Origin: Longimicrobiales bacterium
Lineage (GTDB): Bacteria; Gemmatimonadota; Gemmatimonadetes; Longimicrobiales; Gaopeijiaceae
Length of the DNA: 64,000 nt
Assembly: GCA_965204735.1 (NCBI GenBank)
Contig: OZ242008.1
Span: 2,080,001 to 2,144,000, forward strand
Direction of reading: 5' to 3'
Positions 1 to 13,126 of this stretch are shown piece after piece. Numbering within the stretch: the stretch's first letter is position 1; each line of letters opens with the position of its first letter. A program made the position numbers and the translations under genes. Under the pieces are notes generated by a model. That model ran no database searches. It saw only the letters and a program-made list of their open reading frames with translations, and had not been told where the DNA came from.

Positions 1-2437
1 GACTGGCCGCGGGTCCTGATCGCCCCGACTGGATCGGGCAAGACCGCCGCCGTGACGCTCGGGTGGGCGGCACACCGCTTGAATCGGCCCGCCGAAACAC
101 CGCGACGGCTCATCTGGTGCCTTCCGATGCGCACGCTGGTCGAACAAACGGCCGAGAAGGTCAGGGACTGGTTCGACAAGCTGGCCGAAATTGACGAGGC
201 GAGGCAGCTGCCGAGGCCCGCGGAGGTCCATGTGCTCATGGGCGGGACCACCTCCGCCGACTGGCTGGAGGCACCAGAACGGCCCGCCGTGGTCGTGGGC
301 ACCCAGGACATGTTGCTGAGCCGTGCGCTGATGCGCGGTTATGCGTCGTCCAGGGCGCTTTGGCCGATGGAGTTCGCACTGCTCCACGAGGATGCCCAGT
401 GGGTTTTCGACGAAGTCCAGCTGATGGGGGCCGGCCGGGCGACTTCCGCCCAGCTTGAGGCCTTCCGCAGAAGCGAAACGGCTCGGGGGGAGAAGCCTAG
501 CATCGGTCGCGGCCGGCCTTCCCGCAGCCTCTGGCTCTCTGCGACGCTTGATCCCAGTTGGCTGGCCACCGTCGATCATCCCGCGCCGCCGGCAACGTCG
601 GTGTGCACGGTTGACCCAAGAACTACCCGAGACGACAGGCTCGCACGGCTGGCGCGCGCCACCAAGAGGCTGCACCGCTCACCAGTGGCACCTGCGTCCT
701 CGAAGAAGACCAATATCGACAACTACGTTCGTGAACTCGCCGATGCGGTTCTCCGGGGACGTCGGTTGGGGTCAATGACACTGGCCATCGTCAACCGAGT
801 GGACCGGGCCCAGGAGCTCTATCGGGCACTTGACACGCAGACCGCGAAGCTGGGACAGTTGGCACCGACGCTGGTCCTAATTCATTCGCGGTTTCGCCCG
901 GCAGACCGCCAGCGCGAGATGGATAAGATCAAAACGGACACGAACGAAGCTGGGCAGATCGTCGTTGCCACGCAGGCGGTGGAGGCCGGAGTCGACATCT
1001 CTGCCGCCGCATTGTTCACCGAAATCGCGCCGTGGTCTTCAATGATTCAGCGTTTTGGTCGCACCAACCGCTATGCGGAGGTGCCTGACGGAGCGGACGT
1101 TCATTGGATTGACCTGCTTGGTGCCGTGGACGACGGCGTAGCGTCGGACAAGGAAGCTGAGAAGTTGGCGTTGCCCTACTCCGTCGACGAGCTTCGATTG
1201 GGGCGCGAGCACCTTGCCAAGTTGACGGATGTGGCTTCCGTACATCTCGTCGCGCCGGACAGTCCCGAGCCACCGCGCCGAGTCATTCGACGCAAAGACC
1301 TTGACGATCTCTTCGACACCGATCCGGACCTGACGGGCTTCGACGTCGACATCTCGCCCTACGTACGCGACGCGGACGACACCGACATTCGCGTGTTTTG
1401 GCGCGATCTCCCCGTCGAAGGAACCGAACCGCCACGTCCAACGAGGGAAGAGATATGCGCCGTGTCTATACGGTCTGCCGCGACGTGGCTCCAGAAGGTT
1501 CACAAGCATGCCAACGGCCGGGTCTTCCGACGGGACCCGCAGGCGACGCAAGGACGAGGATCGGAAACCACCCCACCAGGATGGATGGTGTTTCGCGAGA
1601 AGCCTTGGCCGGGGCTGGTGCTGCTTGCAGATCGGAGTGCTGGCGGCTACTCGGCAATGACTGGCTTCACGGGCAATCCGAAGGACGTCCCGAATCCGGT
1701 CGTGGAGCCGGCCGACTCCTCTTCCCCAGCTCCTACCGAGACGGAGGGGCATGACGAGGACCAACTGAGCCAGATCAACGCGGTGGTTTCCCTCGCCGAC
1801 CATCTCGGGCACGTTGTGCAAGAAGCGGAAGGGCTTTGCGATGCGCTCGACGTCGACCATGGCTTGCGGGCCATGGTCAACCGCGCCGCCCGCTGGCACG
1901 ACCTCGGTAAGGCCCACGAGGTCTTCCAGGACACCATGCGTCGCGGTCTTGGCGACCGTGACGTTCCTGAAGCACTGCTCGCCAAGACCGTCGGACACGC
2001 CCGCCACAGCCGCCCGTACTTTCGCCACGAACTCGCTTCTGCCCTGGCGTTCCTTGGCCACGAGAGATGGTCGAGGGACGCCGACCTAATCGCCTACTTG
2101 ATCGCTGCCCACCACGGCAAGGTACGGATGAACCTCCGGGCACTGCCCCTCGAACGGGCACCAGACGGCGACCGTGCCGGAGCACGCTTCGCCAGAGGCA
2201 TCTGGGCGGATGACGAACTGCCTCAGTTTGACTTGGACGACAACGAGCGCTGGCCAGGAGGGCCGCTCCACTTGTCGATCATGGAAATCGGCTGGAACGA
2301 AATCACGCGCGAGAGCTGGACGGAGCGCACCCACGAACTGCTGTCCCGAATCGGGCCCTTCCGCTTAGCTTGGATGGAGACCCTCCTGCGGGTCGCCGAC
2401 TGGCGCGCATCCAAGAAGGAACGAGAAGGGGGCTACG

Positions 2438-2448
<11 letters not shown>
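1..2448 (+). CDS. cas3: Type I-G Cas3 helicase-nuclease (module 1), 5'-partial
   Basis: Frame is open from base 1 (DWPRVLIAPTGSGKT, Walker A). Also has FDEVQL motif II, SAT motif III, IHSRF, VATQAVEAGVD, QRFGRTNR motif VI and a C-terminal HD domain (WHDLGK...RHE...AAHHG). A C-terminal HD domain is typical of I-G Cas3. Confidence 0.95.
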
Positions 2449-5732
<3,284 letters not shown>

Positions 5733-5736
5733 GCAC

Positions 5737-7413
5737 GTGTTCGCCCTATCTTTTCGCTTTCCCGCGGGCCGCTACCACGCGACGCCATGGGGACGCAACG
5801 TCAACGAAGCCGACGTAGCTTGGCCGCCGGAGCCATGGCGGGTGCTGCGCGCCCTCATCGCGACCTACTGGCGGAAGGGCGACCACTCGCGCTGGTCTGA
5901 AGGGGACCTCGCAGGCCTGATCGATGCCCTGGCGACGTCGTTGCCGGAGTACAGCCTGCCAGAGGGCGCAATCCACGCCCATACGCGCCACTACATGCCG
6001 ATCAGCGGGTTGGCCAAGGACGGCCGCGCGAGGACGACGCTTGTCTTCGACGCCTTCCTTCGGTTGCCTGTGGACGCGACCCTGGTCGCTTGCTGGCCGG
6101 ACGTGACGCTCGATCCCACCTCCTTCGAGCTCGCCCAAGATCTCGCGTGCGCCATGGGATACCTTGGCCGCGCGGAGAGCTGGACGGAGTGCGAGGCGCT
6201 GGCGGAGTGGCACGGCAACCGGAACTGCTGTCCAGCGTCCACGGCCTTCGACGGCGACCCCGTGCGACTGATCGCCCCGCTCAGCCCAGGTGCGTATTCG
6301 GTGGAACGGCAACGGATCATCGACGAGAGGACGCGGGCAGTTCAGGAGAAGGCCAACCGACCGCTGACGGCGCGACGGGCTACCGCGCTGCTCGCGAAGG
6401 AATTCACCAGCAAAGGTCGTAAGGCGCACACGCTACCTGTGCGTCTCGTCGACGCGCTCACCCTGGACACGGCCGACTATCAGGACCGTGGATGGAGCCA
6501 GCCCCCGGCCGCCCAGGAGGTCATTTACGCTCGTGCCCCGACAGCCGCTCCAGGTGTTGTGCCTCGACGGTTTGCCAAACGCCAATCGTCTCTGAGGGGA
6601 CAGAAGTTGCCTACCGTAGCACGATTTCTCTTGGCAGGACGACCGCTCCCGCGCATCGAGGACGCCGTGAAGATCGGCGAACTGATGCGTCTCGCCGCAC
6701 TCGCGCAGTTCGGCTGGGAAGCGGACGAGACCGCCGGAGGCCGGAGACGGCCCAGGGCGCCCTCGGAGATATCTGGCCGAGGGGCCGACGGGAAACCCCT
6801 CAAGGATCCATCGCACTCGCACGCGTTTTGGCTGCCGGAAGATGCTGACGGGGACGGCTTGATCGATCACGTGTCGGTGTACGTCGCTTCTGGAATCACC
6901 GACGACGTTCGGGCGAAGCTCGACCGCATCACGCGCCTGTGGCTGACATCGAAGCCAGCCGAAGGTGCCGAGGCCGACCCGCGGGCGCGCAAGGAATGGC
7001 GGCTCGCGCTCGAAGGCTTCGGCCAGCCGGCCGACTTCGCCGGTGGCGCACGCATCTTCGGGAGATCTCGTCGCTGGGTCAGCAGCACGCCCTTCCTGGC
7101 CAGCGGTCACCTGAAGGGCGCCGGGTATCTCGGCGAGGTCCGCCGATTGTTGGCACGTCGCGGCTACGAATCGACCGGAGTCGAAGTGGCACCAATCAAG
7201 AAGATCGTAGTCGGTGGGACCGAGCGACGTGCGATCCACTTCCACCGCTTTCGTTCCCGTGGCCGGGAAGTGCAGCCCGACGCCGCCGGCACCCTGCTCA
7301 AGATTCGCTTTCCAGAACCAATCGAGGGTCCGCTGGCCATCGGCTACGGCAGCCACTTTGGCCTCGGCCTTTTCACGGCAGCATCAGCTTGCGGCGAACA
7401 GCCTGAATGCTAA
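5737..7413 (+). CDS. csb2: Type I-G Cas5/Cas6 fusion (Csb2), module 1
   Basis: GTG start at 5737, just after the csb1 stop. Motifs [21 protein letters not shown] and YLGRAESW, plus the C-terminal Cas6 G-rich loop [11 protein letters not shown]. Confidence 0.93.
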   Translation: MFALSFRFPAGRYHATPWGRNVNEADVAWPPEPWRVLRALIATYWRKGDHSRWSEGDLAGLIDALATSLPEYSLPEGAIHAHTRHYMPISGLAKDGRARTTLVFDAFLRLPVDATLVACWPDVTLDPTSFELAQDLACAMGYLGRAESWTECEALAEWHGNRNCCPASTAFDGDPVRLIAPLSPGAYSVERQRIIDERTRAVQEKANRPLTARRATALLAKEFTSKGRKAHTLPVRLVDALTLDTADYQDRGWSQPPAAQEVIYARAPTAAPGVVPRRFAKRQSSLRGQKLPTVARFLLAGRPLPRIEDAVKIGELMRLAALAQFGWEADETAGGRRRPRAPSEISGRGADGKPLKDPSHSHAFWLPEDADGDGLIDHVSVYVASGITDDVRAKLDRITRLWLTSKPAEGAEADPRARKEWRLALEGFGQPADFAGGARIFGRSRRWVSSTPFLASGHLKGAGYLGEVRRLLARRGYESTGVEVAPIKKIVVGGTERRAIHFHRFRSRGREVQPDAAGTLLKIRFPEPIEGPLAIGYGSHFGLGLFTAASACGEQPEC

Positions 7414-7550
7414 CGAGCTGCGGCGCATGACGCTGGACGCGATCGCGCGGCTTCGGCTGGCCGCGTCGGCTCGCCGGCGTCCCCCGCCCCTGGAGAACAG
7501 CCGGAAGTGTCCGCGGTGCTCGCTGGCGGGGATCTGCCTGCCGGACGAGA
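7413..7550 (+). pseudogene. Internal fragment of cas4(-cas1), near-identical copy of 17414..17551
   Basis: 138 bp with 3 mismatches to the Cas4 C-terminal region ([11 protein letters not shown]...[15 protein letters not shown]). Has no start codon of its own. Confidence 0.9.
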
Positions 7551-7606
7551 GTAGGGGGCCCCCCACTTCCTTGCGCCGCCCCGTCGCGTGAGCGAAGTTT
7601 GACGCC

Positions 7607-8142
7607 ATGCGCTTCTTCAACACGACGGGACCCGCCAAGCTGGCGTGCCCCTACCACATACCGTCGCTGGACCGCATGAACCTTGCGGAGTTCCGGCGGC
7701 TAGTGGACGAGGAGCGGTACTTCGTGCTCCACACGCTCCGTCAGACGGGCAAGACGTCGGTGCTGTGGGCCCAGACATGTGGCCAGCCGTCGCTGGTCAA
7801 CGCGCTTGCTTGTTACGAGGCTTGCTTCGAGGGGAAGGTACGATGGATCGCAGGCGGCGGATCGAGGAGGCCGACGTGATGACCGTCAGCGAGGCCCTGT
7901 CCCTGCGCCGCGACCCCCATCTGGACCAACTGGCGGACAATCTTCAGGAAGAGCGGGTGCGGCAGGTGGTCGAGCCGTTGCTGGCGGGCGCTCATGCGCT
8001 GGGACTGTCGGAACACGACTTGGAGCACGTACGACACTTGGGGCTGGTCGCCCGCGACAGGCGGCTTCGGATCGCCAACTCGACCTACGCCGAAGCGGCA
8101 CCTTGGGAGCTGAGTTCGGTGACGGGTGGGTGCCGCCCATGA
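7607..8142 (+). pseudogene. Internally deleted, frameshifted AAA-type ATPase relic
   Basis: N-terminus MRFFNTTGP...YFVLHTLRQTGKTS (degenerate Walker A) is joined directly to a late segment (TCGQPSLVNALA). It continues in another frame as HLDQLADNLQEERVRQVVEPLL...LGLVAR...LRIAN. Confidence 0.7.
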
Positions 8143-9284
8143 CCCGCGCCGACGTTGATCCGAAGCTGTTGACATGGGCGCGCGAGCGGGCTGGAATCAG
8201 CCAGACCGACCTGCTCCGCAAATTCCCGAAGCTCATCGAATGGGAGCACGGCGAGCTGTCCCCCACCTTCAAGCAACTGGAGGACTTCGCCAGAGCCACG
8301 TTCGTACCCTTCGGATATCTCTTTCTGGCTGATCCGCCCGAGGAGAAGATCCCGATCCCGCACTACCGTAGCGAACGCGACGCCGCGCCTCGCAACCCTA
8401 GCCCCGACCTGCTGGACACGATCTACATGCTGGAGAGACGCCAGATGTGGATGCGACGCCACTTGATCGAACAAGGCTGCGCTCGGTTGCCGTACGTTGC
8501 CTCGGCCACAGTTCACGATTCTGTCGAGGTAGTGGTCGACAACATGCGCGACGTCCTCGACATCGACTCGAACTGGGCCGAAGGACAGCATACCTGGCAA
8601 GAAGCGTTGGCTCGCCTGCGAAATCGCATGGAACGCGCTGGCGTCTTCGTCGTTTCCAACGGCGTCGTGGGCAACAATACCCGTCGTAAGCTCGACGTAT
8701 CGGAGTTTCGCGGATTCGTGCTCGCCGACGAGTATGCGCCGTTCGTATTCGTAAACGGCGCCGACGCCCAGGCAGCCCAGATGTTCACGCTCGCTCACGA
8801 GCTGGCGCACGTCTTCTTCGGAAGCAGCGCAGCCTTTGACCTCCGCCAACTCCAGCCGGCCGCAGACGCCACCGAGAGGGCCTGCAATCGCGTGGCCGCG
8901 GAGTTCCTTGTGCCGTCGCAGGCATTGCGACAGCAATGGGAGCGGGCGAAGCGCACAGACCATCCGTTCGAATTCCTAGGACACCGCTTCAAGGTCAGCG
9001 TAGTCGTCGCCGCCCGTCGCGCGCTGGACTCCGGCCTCATCGACAAACCGGCCTTCCGCACGTTCTACGCGGATTGGCAGAATAGAGAACACCAGACTAC
9101 CTCGGCCGGCGGCGGCAACTTTTACGGCACGCAGAACATGCGTGTCGGCATCACCTTTGCCGGTGCGGTCATCGCCGCCGCCAGGAGCGGCAAGTTGCCG
9201 TACTTGGAGGCATACGAACTCACTGGTCTGTACGGAAAGACCTTTGAGAAATTTGCTCACCAGTTGGGTATTGACGAGGCGTAA
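8139..9284 (+). CDS. XRE-HTH + ImmA/IrrE-family Zn metallopeptidase (COG2856)
   Basis: ATG at 8139. N-terminal HTH (LTWARERAG...WEHGELSPTFKQL), FRGF motif, HExxH motif FTLAHELAH, and ERACNRVAAEFLVP. Confidence 0.9.
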   Translation: MTRADVDPKLLTWARERAGISQTDLLRKFPKLIEWEHGELSPTFKQLEDFARATFVPFGYLFLADPPEEKIPIPHYRSERDAAPRNPSPDLLDTIYMLERRQMWMRRHLIEQGCARLPYVASATVHDSVEVVVDNMRDVLDIDSNWAEGQHTWQEALARLRNRMERAGVFVVSNGVVGNNTRRKLDVSEFRGFVLADEYAPFVFVNGADAQAAQMFTLAHELAHVFFGSSAAFDLRQLQPAADATERACNRVAAEFLVPSQALRQQWERAKRTDHPFEFLGHRFKVSVVVAARRALDSGLIDKPAFRTFYADWQNREHQTTSAGGGNFYGTQNMRVGITFAGAVIAAARSGKLPYLEAYELTGLYGKTFEKFAHQLGIDEA

Positions 9285-9794
9285 ATGTACAACGGTCCAG
9301 CATTTGTTGTGGACGCCAACGTCTTCATCGACCTTGCTCGGTACTACCCCGATGACATTGCGCCAACATTTTGGTCCCAGCTAGTCGAGTGCGCGAAGTC
9401 CAAGCAATGGCTGAGCATAGATCGTGTTCAAGCGGAGATCGCCAAGAAGGAAGACTGGATATCGGAGTGGACGGACAATCACGCAAGATTCTTTATGTCG
9501 ACGGAGAGGAACGACGTGGCCAAGGAATATCGCCGGATCCAGGTATGGGCCTCGCGTCAGGAGTATCGGCAAACGGCACTGGACAGGCTAGGTCGCGGGG
9601 CCGACGGGTGGCTTGTCGCATATGCAATCGTTGAAGACCTTCGCGTTGTGACGAACGAAGTATCGCAACCGAAAAGTCACACAAATGTCAAGATTCCGGA
9701 CATTTGCAAGGCGAAGGACTTTCGCGTCGATTGCGTGAACATGTTCGACATGATGAGGGCTCTCGGGATCCGACTCGGCTCGGCAGCCGGATAG
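9285..9794 (+). CDS. DUF4411-like PIN-fold protein
   Basis: Motifs VDANVFI, ADGWLVAYA, VVTNE and KIPDIC. Starts immediately after the peptidase stop, which is the usual pairing. Confidence 0.85.
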   Translation: MYNGPAFVVDANVFIDLARYYPDDIAPTFWSQLVECAKSKQWLSIDRVQAEIAKKEDWISEWTDNHARFFMSTERNDVAKEYRRIQVWASRQEYRQTALDRLGRGADGWLVAYAIVEDLRVVTNEVSQPKSHTNVKIPDICKAKDFRVDCVNMFDMMRALGIRLGSAAG

Positions 9795-10143
9795 AGGCGG
9801 GAATATCGCCTGCGCTCGACGGTGACTGGACGGGGCGCGGGGCGGGGCGCAACGGGCTAGCCGCCGTCGACCTTGTCACGGCGGGCCACGAGCTGGAGTT
9901 CTTCGGCACGGACCTCCACCGTCCAGGGACTGTGGTTCCTGACCGCCGTCCACCTCCACGGGCACCTGGCAACGGGACCACGTACGCCCGGGTGAGCGAG
10001 GTGGTTCCGCCGTGTAGTAGCCGGACGGAGTGGGCGGTACGGGGGCCAGCCCCGTCGGGGAACTCATGGCGAGATGTCACCATCTCGGTTATCTTGGTGG
10101 GAAGATTCTTGCCCCATTCCCTCCCTGACGAGGACGGCAACCG

Positions 10144-11394
10144 ATGGCGAAACTGACGTTCGAACGGCTCCGCGACGCCGTGGCCGGAAACGCCGTGGCC
10201 CTGCGGTCGCGGCTGACTCTGCAACCGGCTGGCGGCGACGGCGACAAGGTCTTCCCGCCCTCGTACGCCGTGGACGGGCGCGCCGACCACAAGTATGCGG
10301 TCGAAGACCGCCAAGTCGGGGACGCGAACGAAGCCACCACTACCGTTCTGCTGGATTCCGTCGCGTCCCAGGCGAATCGCGCCGAGCTGGCCCTGCTTGC
10401 GGGATGGGAAGACCGCGAACTCAGCTTTCCTGTTCCGTACGTCGACTTCTCCGAAGACGGTGGCGTGACGGACTACGACAAGCTCACGGTGCTGGAGGCA
10501 CCCCATAGGCTCGCCGACGCCATCTTTCGCGACAGCCTACTGGACGGCACGCTGTTCCGCCTGTCCGACATCGGGCGTGCCATTACCGACGCCAGTCCGC
10601 GCAATGCCACTGACCTCTACCGGTACTCGCCCACAGCCCTGCTGTTCGGTCAGTGGGACTCGACAGGTCCGAAGGGTGGGCTCGGCGCCAAGTTTCAGCG
10701 TGCGTACGTCTCCGAGATCGTGGGCTTCGACGCTTCGGTCGGCAAGAAGGTCGGCAGCCGGATCGACCCACTTCAGATCGAGAAGGTCGCGGCGGACGAC
10801 CGCGTGTTCAACAGCAAGGACCCAGCCGAAGTCTGGACGCACGACCCTGGTTCTGCCGAGACCAAGAAAGGGAAGCCGGTCCCTGCTTCCAGGGGCAGCG
10901 AGAGCGGGCAAGCTGGCCAGCCCTCCAAGATCAACCACGGCAACGTCGCCCCGACCATCGACGCAGCAGCAGGCGGCGTGACCATCTCCAGTGCGTTGCA
11001 GACTGCGGTGATTTCGCTTGCAGCACTGCGAAAGCTTCGGTTCAAGGGGCATGATCGAGACACTCGGACCGCAGCATGCACGGCCGTCGCAGCCTTGGGA
11101 GTCGCGGCGATCGCGTACCAGCACGAGATGGACTTCGATCTGCGCTCCCGTTGTCTACTTCTTCCCACGCACCCGCCACGCCTGGAGTTGCTGGGCCGGG
11201 ACGGCTCGACTCACGAGCAAGTGGAGGTGGACCGCGAGAGCGCTGCGCGGATCCTCAAGGAAGCCGCCCTCCACGCCAAGCAGATGGGAATCGGCTGGGA
11301 GACTGCCGAGATTCGGCTGATGCCGGCACCAAAGCTAATCGAGCTGATCCGCAGGAGCCGCAAGGTCGCGGCCACCAAACAGCCGGGCGAATAG
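10144..11394 (+). CDS. csb1: Type I-G Cas7 (Csb1), module 2
   Basis: Motifs LQPAGGDGDKVFPPSY, LLDSVASQANRAE, EAPHRLADA, LLFGQWDST, GSRIDPL, HGNVAP and DLRSRC. SD-like GAGGA upstream. Confidence 0.93.
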   Translation: MAKLTFERLRDAVAGNAVALRSRLTLQPAGGDGDKVFPPSYAVDGRADHKYAVEDRQVGDANEATTTVLLDSVASQANRAELALLAGWEDRELSFPVPYVDFSEDGGVTDYDKLTVLEAPHRLADAIFRDSLLDGTLFRLSDIGRAITDASPRNATDLYRYSPTALLFGQWDSTGPKGGLGAKFQRAYVSEIVGFDASVGKKVGSRIDPLQIEKVAADDRVFNSKDPAEVWTHDPGSAETKKGKPVPASRGSESGQAGQPSKINHGNVAPTIDAAAGGVTISSALQTAVISLAALRKLRFKGHDRDTRTAACTAVAALGVAAIAYQHEMDFDLRSRCLLLPTHPPRLELLGRDGSTHEQVEVDRESAARILKEAALHAKQMGIGWETAEIRLMPAPKLIELIRRSRKVAATKQPGE

Positions 11395-11404
11395 CAGCCC
11401 AGGA

Positions 11405-13126
11405 ATGGAGGCAAGTGGCTTCGGTATTGAGGTCAACTTCCTGACGGGTCGATATGTGGCCACGTCGCACGATGACCGCCGTCGGCCGGAGTGGCCTCCT
11501 CATCCGGCGCGCCTTTTCTCGGCTCTTGTGGCGACATGGGCCGATTCGGACGAACCCCGTCAGGACGAGAGACGTGTCCTAGAGTGGCTGGAAGCCCTGG
11601 GGCCGCCAGCGATCGCAGCCAACTTGGAAGTCGTTCCGCGGAAAGTTGTGTCGCACTTCGTACCGGTGAACGACACGGCCATCGTGGGCAGGAAGTGGCA
11701 ACAACGACAGGCCGAACGGATCCGTCAGACGACGAGGAGGCTTGACGAGGCACTGACCGCGTCCGATGGCGAAACGACCCGGAACGTAGAGCGGATGCGG
11801 AGGGAGCTCGCGAAGCTAAGAGACGTTGGCTCGCAAGTTTCGGATCCAGGGAACACCAACGTTGAAATGGCCCAACAACTATTTCCAGAGGGTCGACAGA
11901 AACGAGAACGGCACTTTCCTTCGATGACGGTTTGTGTTCCCGTGGCGGGCGACTCAGGCACCACGTCTCCTCGCGTCACGTTCACATGGGATCGCGACCT
12001 AACCGAAGAAGCGCGCGAGGTTCTTGATGGGCTGGCGGCGCGGTTGACTCGCTTGGGGCACTCCTCGTCCCTGGTATCGTGTCGAGTCGTGCGAGCTGTT
12101 CCCGATGCGAATCTGCTACCTTCTCCGACCGGCACCAACAACCTTCGCCATGTTCAGCGCGGCCAGCTTGCCGAACTTGAGCGCCGGTTTGCTAGTCACC
12201 AGGGCATCTTGCCGAGAGCGCTCCCTTACGTGGAAGTCCGGTACAGTGAAGCACAGCCTCGTGCTTCTACTACGGCCGAAGACGAGCCCAACACAGCGGG
12301 CGACTGGCTCGTATTCGAGTTCCTTCACGGCTCGCGCGCCTTTCCCGCCATGCGAACGGTCGAGGTCGCTACGGCCCTGCGGTCTGCGATATTCCGCTTC
12401 GCGGACGAGCCCATTCCCGAGGGACTCAGCGGCCACACGCCCGATGGACGTCCAACGTCAGAACCTCACGTTGCTTTTCTGCCTCTTCCGTTCGCTGGCC
12501 GGGCTCACGGTGACGGGCGGCTACTGGGGGTTGCCGTGTCGGTACCCAACGGCGTGAACCAAGCTACCCGCCACTCCTTGTATCGGGCCGTAGGGAAGTG
12601 GGAGCGCCAAGCCCGCGGCCGAGACCTCAAGTTGGTCTTCGGTCGTCAGGATGAAATTGGGTTGAGGAGGTTGCGGGGGCGTGGTTTGGCCACCCTGGGT
12701 CGCCATAGTTGGCGTGGCCCCAGTAGGCACTGGGCTTCGGTCACGCCGATTGCTCTGCCGCGACACCCCGGGAGACTTCGCGGCGGCACGTCATCGGCCC
12801 GGGCCAGAGCGTGGCTGGCCGCTGAGACTTCCGTTCGGGCGGCGGTCATGCATGTGGGTCTGCCGGAACCGTCGGGTGCGCAAGTCAGTCTCGCGCCATT
12901 CGTCACGGGCGTTCGAGCGACTCACGCATTTCCGCCCTTTCGTCAACCGGGCAAGGACCGGATGCCCGTGCGGCGGCAACTCGTGCACGCGGCGATCACC
13001 TTTGATCACGAAGTCCTCGGACCGCTGATGCTAGGTGCTGGCCGGTTTGTGGGACTGGGACTCATGTATCCGGTTAGAAGGCATGAAGCTGGAGGTGCCG
13101 GTCGGGACGGTGGCGATGAACAATAA
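11405..13126 (+). CDS. csb2: Type I-G Cas5/Cas6 fusion (Csb2), module 2
   Basis: Motifs GRYVAT, EWPPHPARLFSALVA, HFVPVND, RLGHSSSLV and WASVTP, plus the G-rich loop GAGRFVGLGL. Confidence 0.93.
   Translation: MEASGFGIEVNFLTGRYVATSHDDRRRPEWPPHPARLFSALVATWADSDEPRQDERRVLEWLEALGPPAIAANLEVVPRKVVSHFVPVNDTAIVGRKWQQRQAERIRQTTRRLDEALTASDGETTRNVERMRRELAKLRDVGSQVSDPGNTNVEMAQQLFPEGRQKRERHFPSMTVCVPVAGDSGTTSPRVTFTWDRDLTEEAREVLDGLAARLTRLGHSSSLVSCRVVRAVPDANLLPSPTGTNNLRHVQRGQLAELERRFASHQGILPRALPYVEVRYSEAQPRASTTAEDEPNTAGDWLVFEFLHGSRAFPAMRTVEVATALRSAIFRFADEPIPEGLSGHTPDGRPTSEPHVAFLPLPFAGRAHGDGRLLGVAVSVPNGVNQATRHSLYRAVGKWERQARGRDLKLVFGRQDEIGLRRLRGRGLATLGRHSWRGPSRHWASVTPIALPRHPGRLRGGTSSARARAWLAAETSVRAAVMHVGLPEPSGAQVSLAPFVTGVRATHAFPPFRQPGKDRMPVRRQLVHAAITFDHEVLGPLMLGAGRFVGLGLMYPVRRHEAGGAGRDGGDEQ

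Noticed and set aside
9795..10143. ORFs or ncRNA between the DUF4411 gene and csb1
   Set aside because: No recognisable protein motif, repeat copy or clear promoter. Left unannotated.
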